Below are positions 15,690 through 19,355 of a DNA stretch of 19,355 bases, piece by piece (the stretch's first letter is position 1; each line of letters starts with the position of its first letter). The notes under the pieces were generated by a model. The model was not told the DNA's origin, searched no databases, and saw only the letters and a list, made by a program, of their open reading frames with translations. Origin of the DNA: Candidatus Zixiibacteriota bacterium (GTDB lineage: Bacteria > Zixibacteria > MSB-5A5 > CAIYYT01); assembly GCA_040235515.1 (NCBI GenBank), contig JBECKX010000066.1, positions 1-19,355 on the forward strand, written 5' to 3'. Position numbers and translations under genes: made by a program.

Positions 15690-16316
15690 ATGAAGAACAA
15701 AGTAGTATCAAAGTTCACAGCCAGAATCACAGCATTTATTGCCGTCATTGCATTGATGACTGCTATGTCTGCCACACCAGCCGTCGGCGCCGACTGGCAG
15801 ATCGACAGGGTGCATTCTTATGTCGGTTTCAAGGTAACGCACATGGTAGTCAGCAAGGTCAAAGGACAATTCGAAGAGTTCAGTGGTACGGTGAAGAATT
15901 TCGATGGCGAGAATTTCGCAGACGCATCGGTTTCTGTCACCATCAACTCCGCCAGCATCAACACTAACAACGAGCGCCGCGACGGACACCTGAAGAGCGG
16001 AGACTTCTTCATGGTGGACTCCTTCCCGAACATCACCTTCGAGTCGACGAATGTGACACCGGCCAAAGATGGCAAATTCCAGATCACAGGCAACCTGACC
16101 ATGCGTGGCGTCACCAAACCGGTAACGCTCGACGCCGAATACAATGGCATGGTCCCGATGGGCGAGGGAAAAGCTAAAGCCGGATTTTCAGCCTCGGCCA
16201 CGATAAATCGCCAGGACTGGGGAGTTTCCTGGAGCAAGAGTCTCGATGCCGGCGGGCTGGTGGTCAGCGACGAAGTCGAGCTTATCCTGGAGCTGGAACT
16301 GAATCAGGAGATGTAG
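15690..16316 (+). CDS. yceI: YceI-family periplasmic polyisoprenoid/lipid-binding protein
   Basis: RBS GGAGG; signal peptide ending AVGA|DW. WQIDRVHSYVGFKVTHM, VKGQF, SINTNNERRDGHLKSGDFF, FPNITFES, GNLTMRGVTKPV, INRQDWG. Confidence 0.93.
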   Translation: MKNKVVSKFTARITAFIAVIALMTAMSATPAVGADWQIDRVHSYVGFKVTHMVVSKVKGQFEEFSGTVKNFDGENFADASVSVTINSASINTNNERRDGHLKSGDFFMVDSFPNITFESTNVTPAKDGKFQITGNLTMRGVTKPVTLDAEYNGMVPMGEGKAKAGFSASATINRQDWGVSWSKSLDAGGLVVSDEVELILELELNQEM

Positions 16317-16384
16317 CCAAAACAGGGAGGCATTCACCCAGGGGCGTGTGCAACCTCCTCAGGATTGATATAGTTGAAATTGTG

Positions 16385-16417
16385 GAGCCGGCCAATCTGG
16401 TCGGCTCTCTTTTTTTT
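16385..16417 (+). terminator. Intrinsic terminator after yceI
   Basis: GAGCCGGCCA-ATC-TGGTCGGCTC followed by TCTTTTTTTT. Confidence 0.85.
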
Positions 16418-16626
16418 GTGCCAAAGAAGAGAAGCGACGCGCAATTGCATGAAATCGGCCCTCTGACTGCATTTCACGCACCTTCGTCACTCATTCCGGT
16501 TGCTTCTGGCGGTGTCGGAAATTATATATCCAGTCTGGAAAAACGGGACTCTGCCCCGACAGGCAATGAAGTGACAGTCTATTTGATAGAATTCAATAAT
16601 GATATCCGAGAAGCAGGAGTTTACGC

Positions 16627-18138
16627 ATGTCAAAACAAGCATTGACTGAACTCAAAAATGTGATGGATGAGGCTGCGTTGATTGGATCAACCGCCGCCCT
16701 CCTCGGCTGGGATGAACGCACTCATATGCCGAAAAACGGCTCCGAGTGGCGCGCCAAACAGTTGGCCTACCTGATGGGGCAGCATCACGAGAAGATCACC
16801 GATCCGAAAGTTGGCGATATCCTCGCCAAGCTTGAGGTCAGTCCGATCATGAAGGATGCCCTCAAAGCGGATGCCGTCAATGTCCGCGAAATGCGACGCG
16901 TCTATGACAAACGTACCAAAGTCCCCAGAAAACTGGTGGAGGAGATTGCGCACGCGGAAACCACCGGCCAGTCAATCTGGGTGGAGGCGCGCAAGAAGAA
17001 CGACTTCAAGATGTTCCTGCCGGCTTTGAAGAAGAATATCGAGCTGAAGCGGCAATACGCTGAAGCGGTTGGTTATGACGATGTGATCTACGACGCCCTT
17101 CTCGATGACTATGAGCCGGGCGCCAGAACCAGGCAGGTGTCGGAAGTCTTTGAGGGCCTGCGTAAGGAGCTGGTCGAGCTGGTTGCCAAAATTGCCAAAG
17201 CACCAAAAAAGCCCGATGTCTCGATTGTTGAGCGTGAGTTTGATGTCAACAAGCAGCGGATGTTCGGCGAGACCGTCGCTGCCGCAATCGGCTTTGATTT
17301 CCGTGCCGGTCGTCTTGACGTCACAGCCCATCCGTTCTGTTCAGGTATCGGCCCCGGCGACTGTCGTATCACCACGCGCTATAACCCCAATCATCTCGGA
17401 CAGGCGCTGTTCGGCACGATGCACGAAGCCGGGCACGCGATGTACGAAATGAACCTCCCCAAGGAGCACTTTGGGACCCCAATGGGTGAAGCTGTCAGTC
17501 TCGGTATCCATGAATCGCAGTCACGGATGTGGGAGAATCAGGTCGGTCGTTCGAAAGCATTCTGGAAATTCTTCTTCCCGCTGGCGCAGCAGACGTTCCA
17601 TGAGTCGCTCTCGGATGTCGAATTTGACGACTTCTATTTCGCCATCAACGATGTGCGTCCGTCGCTGATTCGTGTTGAAGCCGACGAAGTTACCTATAAC
17701 CTTCATATCCTCCTCCGCTTTGAACTGGAGCAGGGTATCTTCAACGGCGACATCAAGCCGGAAGATATCGCGAAGGTGTGGAATGAGAGGATGAAGAAGT
17801 ACCTCGGCATTACTCCCAAGAACGACTCCGAGGGTTGCCTGCAGGATATTCACTGGGCAGCCGGGCTGTTCGGCTATTTCCCGACTTACTGTCTCGGAAA
17901 TCTCTATGCCGCCCAATTCTTCGCCAAGGCACAGCAGGATATCCCCGATTTGATGGATCAGTTTGCGATGGGCAAGTTTGGCGCGCTGCTCGACTGGCTT
18001 ATCAAGAATATCCACAGCCAGGGTCAGCGCTACCGTGCCGAGGAACTGGTCAAGGTTGTGACCGGCAAGAAACTGAGCCACAAGCCGTTGATGACCTTCT
18101 TGAATAAGAAGTTCAAGCCGCTTTACGGTATCAAGTAG
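16627..18138 (+). CDS. Metallocarboxypeptidase, M32 family (carboxypeptidase Taq-like)
   Basis: RBS AGGAG. LLGWDE.T.MP, YDALLDDYEPG, HPF, DCRITT, HEAGH (HExxH), HESQS, IRVEADE, GCLQDIHW, GYFPTY. Confidence 0.97.
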   Translation: MSKQALTELKNVMDEAALIGSTAALLGWDERTHMPKNGSEWRAKQLAYLMGQHHEKITDPKVGDILAKLEVSPIMKDALKADAVNVREMRRVYDKRTKVPRKLVEEIAHAETTGQSIWVEARKKNDFKMFLPALKKNIELKRQYAEAVGYDDVIYDALLDDYEPGARTRQVSEVFEGLRKELVELVAKIAKAPKKPDVSIVEREFDVNKQRMFGETVAAAIGFDFRAGRLDVTAHPFCSGIGPGDCRITTRYNPNHLGQALFGTMHEAGHAMYEMNLPKEHFGTPMGEAVSLGIHESQSRMWENQVGRSKAFWKFFFPLAQQTFHESLSDVEFDDFYFAINDVRPSLIRVEADEVTYNLHILLRFELEQGIFNGDIKPEDIAKVWNERMKKYLGITPKNDSEGCLQDIHWAAGLFGYFPTYCLGNLYAAQFFAKAQQDIPDLMDQFAMGKFGALLDWLIKNIHSQGQRYRAEELVKVVTGKKLSHKPLMTFLNKKFKPLYGIK

Positions 18139-18149
18139 GGCGGAGGCTT

Positions 18150-18213
18150 GGCGACCACCGGGTCGCATCCACACATAAGGTTTTGGTAAGGGCGCAGCAT
18201 GCTGCGCCCCTAC
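18150..18213. repeat. Degenerate GTAG-type REP-like palindromes downstream of the M32 gene
   Basis: Hairpin GCGACC-ACCG-GGTCGC (18151-18166), and GTAAGGGCGCAGCATGCTGCGCCCCTAC (18186-18213), which has a perfect 20-bp palindrome at 18190-18209 and a CTAC (GTAG on minus) end. Confidence 0.7.
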
Positions 18214-18228
18214 ATCTATGCTCCCACC

Positions 18229-18903
18229 ATGTACAATACACGAGTTGACCTGAATACCATTGCTACCGTGCTCGCGCTGCTAGCAGTCAGCCTCCTGCCG
18301 ACACCTGTGTTCGCTTCCTCCGCGAAGATTGTCGCCACCGCCGAATCTGACAGCTATACCTGCATGATGACTTTCACCGCAGCATCAGACCCCAACCCAA
18401 GCGTTCTCCGACTAGTCGCTAGACCAAAGACACCGGACAGCTCCGAGCGTGCCATAGCGCAATATGTTTCGGCTGACGATCAAGGCTACATTCGTTTCCA
18501 CGAGCCCGATGTTATCGAGTTTGCGCAGGGAAACCGCAATGATGAGTATGCCGAAATCGGCGTAATGCTCGTCAACTTCTCGAGCTGGGAGGGTGACGAA
18601 ATCATTTACAGCGATGCCGCCGAATACGATGGTGTCAATAACGGGTATTTTCTTGAACCGGTAATTGACGGAGGCAAAGTCGCACTGATATCCTCGATCT
18701 CCGAGGAAAGACACCGCTTCTACCGGATAAAGATCTGGGAGCCAACGCTAAAGGAATGGCATGAAGCCCTGATCCTCGGCGCAAAGGAAGTGGCGGTTAG
18801 TTTTGAGTCGGAAAATGACCTGGACGTGAAAGTCGACTGGGGCGAGGGACGGCTAAACTCTTACAGACTTGATCTCAGATCGAATCAATACATCATCAAG
18901 TAG
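18229..18903 (+). CDS. Hypothetical secreted protein (about 224 aa; start uncertain)
   Basis: Long ORF with signal-peptide-like IATVLALLAVSLLPTPVFA|SS and an acidic beta-rich mature part. ATG 18199 lies inside the REP palindrome, so ATG 18229 is preferred; no clear RBS. Confidence 0.65.
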   Translation: MYNTRVDLNTIATVLALLAVSLLPTPVFASSAKIVATAESDSYTCMMTFTAASDPNPSVLRLVARPKTPDSSERAIAQYVSADDQGYIRFHEPDVIEFAQGNRNDEYAEIGVMLVNFSSWEGDEIIYSDAAEYDGVNNGYFLEPVIDGGKVALISSISEERHRFYRIKIWEPTLKEWHEALILGAKEVAVSFESENDLDVKVDWGEGRLNSYRLDLRSNQYIIK

Positions 18904-18964
18904 GTCAAGTTCACCTGGAACTTGACATCAGCACATTGTCGGGTTCCAGGCGAACGCGACCTAC
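18900..18964. repeat. Inverted REP doublet (REPIN-like), copy 1
   Basis: GTAG-GTCAAGTTC-ACCTG-GAACTTGAC (18900-18926, +), an 11-bp spacer, then GTAG-GTCGCGTTC-GCCTG-GAACCCGAC (18964-18938, -). Confidence 0.8.
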
Positions 18965-19029
18965 GAACTGCTGAAGTATAGATAGCCGCTCCGGTTCCCC
19001 TCTCCCACTTGTGGGAGAGGGGTTAGGGG
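18938..19029. repeat. 92-bp exact direct repeat, copy 1 (copy 2 at 19264-19355)
   Basis: GTCGGGTTCCAGGCG...GAGAGGGGTTAGGGG is identical at 18938-19029 and 19264-19355 (offset 326 bp). Confidence 0.95.
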
Positions 19030-19035
19030 TGAGGG
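18997..19035. repeat. CCCCTCTCCC...GGGAGAGGGG-type extragenic palindrome with TTAGGGGTGAGGG tail
   Basis: CCCCTCTCCCAC-TT-GTGGGAGAGGGG (18997-19022) plus tail; repeated at 19323-19348. Confidence 0.85.
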
Positions 19036-19106
19036 CGGAAACAGCAAAATGGCTTGTGATTACACACCCCCGCCCCAAAACCTGCCGCTTCGCGCCATGT
19101 TTGGGA

Positions 19107-19128
19107 CGACCCCTCTCAAGAGGGGTCG
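19107..19128. repeat. Extragenic palindrome
   Basis: CGACCCCTCT-CA-AGAGGGGTCG, perfect 10-bp arms. Confidence 0.8.
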
Positions 19129-19163
19129 GGCTGCGTTGACCTTGATTAGTTGGTGATGCTCTC

Positions 19164-19186
19164 GTAGGGGCGAATGGCATTCGCCC
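19164..19186 (+). repeat. GTAG-type REP-like palindrome
   Basis: GTAG-GGGCGAATG-G-CATTCGCCC. Confidence 0.8.
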
Positions 19187-19224
19187 TTGATTGTTCTCTT
19201 AACTGATTCACCTGGGCGAGCCAC

Positions 19225-19290
19225 GTAGCTCAAGTACCCTCGGAACTTGACTGCATCCTTCTCGTCGGGTTCCAGGCGAACGCGACCTAC
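19225..19290. repeat. Inverted REP doublet (REPIN-like), copy 2
   Basis: Diverged GTAG-CTCAAGTAC-CCTCG-GAACTTGAC (19225-19251, +), a 12-bp spacer, then a REP identical to that of copy 1 on the minus strand (19264-19290). Confidence 0.75.
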
Positions 19291-19355
19291 GAACTGCTGA
19301 AGTATAGATAGCCGCTCCGGTTCCCCTCTCCCACTTGTGGGAGAGGGGTTAGGGG
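19264..19355. repeat. 92-bp exact direct repeat, copy 2 (truncated by the window end)
   Basis: Identical to 18938-19029 up to the last base of the window. Confidence 0.95.

Noticed and set aside
18911..19180. 89-aa minus-strand ORF
   Set aside because: It is a translation of palindromic repeats (for example LTPNPSPTSGRG) and not a credible protein.
18900..19355. CRISPR array or integron attC array
   Set aside because: Repeats are heterogeneous, partly inverted and not regularly interspaced with unique spacers. No cas or integrase gene is present, and the GTAG-footed hairpins fit REP elements.

Overview
Chromosomal window from a moderately GC-rich diderm bacterium. A C-terminal dockerin-like duplication (CGDADGS..SIADAV..I.YIF.GGPAP) suggests candidate phylum Zixibacteria (inference). 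Gene order: 3' end of holB (+); an uncharacterised lipoprotein (-); a membrane sensor kinase plus NtrC-family sigma54 activator (+); a secreted four-repeat helical protein plus a predicted outer-membrane beta-barrel (+); pepF plus a class I SAM methyltransferase (+); mtaB (-); a secreted choice-of-anchor-B/LVIVD propeller with TSP3 and dockerin-like domains (-); pckA, a YceI-family gene and an M32 carboxypeptidase (+); a secreted orphan (+); and a mosaic of GTAG-type REP-like palindromes with a 92-bp exact direct repeat cut by the window edge. The most notable structure is a self-contained sigma54 module at about 570-7350. Two outward-facing -24/-12 promoters flank the two-component pair. Each is preceded about 120-150 bp upstream by two copies of a shared imperfect palindrome (consensus TGTACC-N4-GGTACA). 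Together they appear to drive three envelope proteins of unknown function. No rRNA, tRNA, CRISPR array or transposase was seen.
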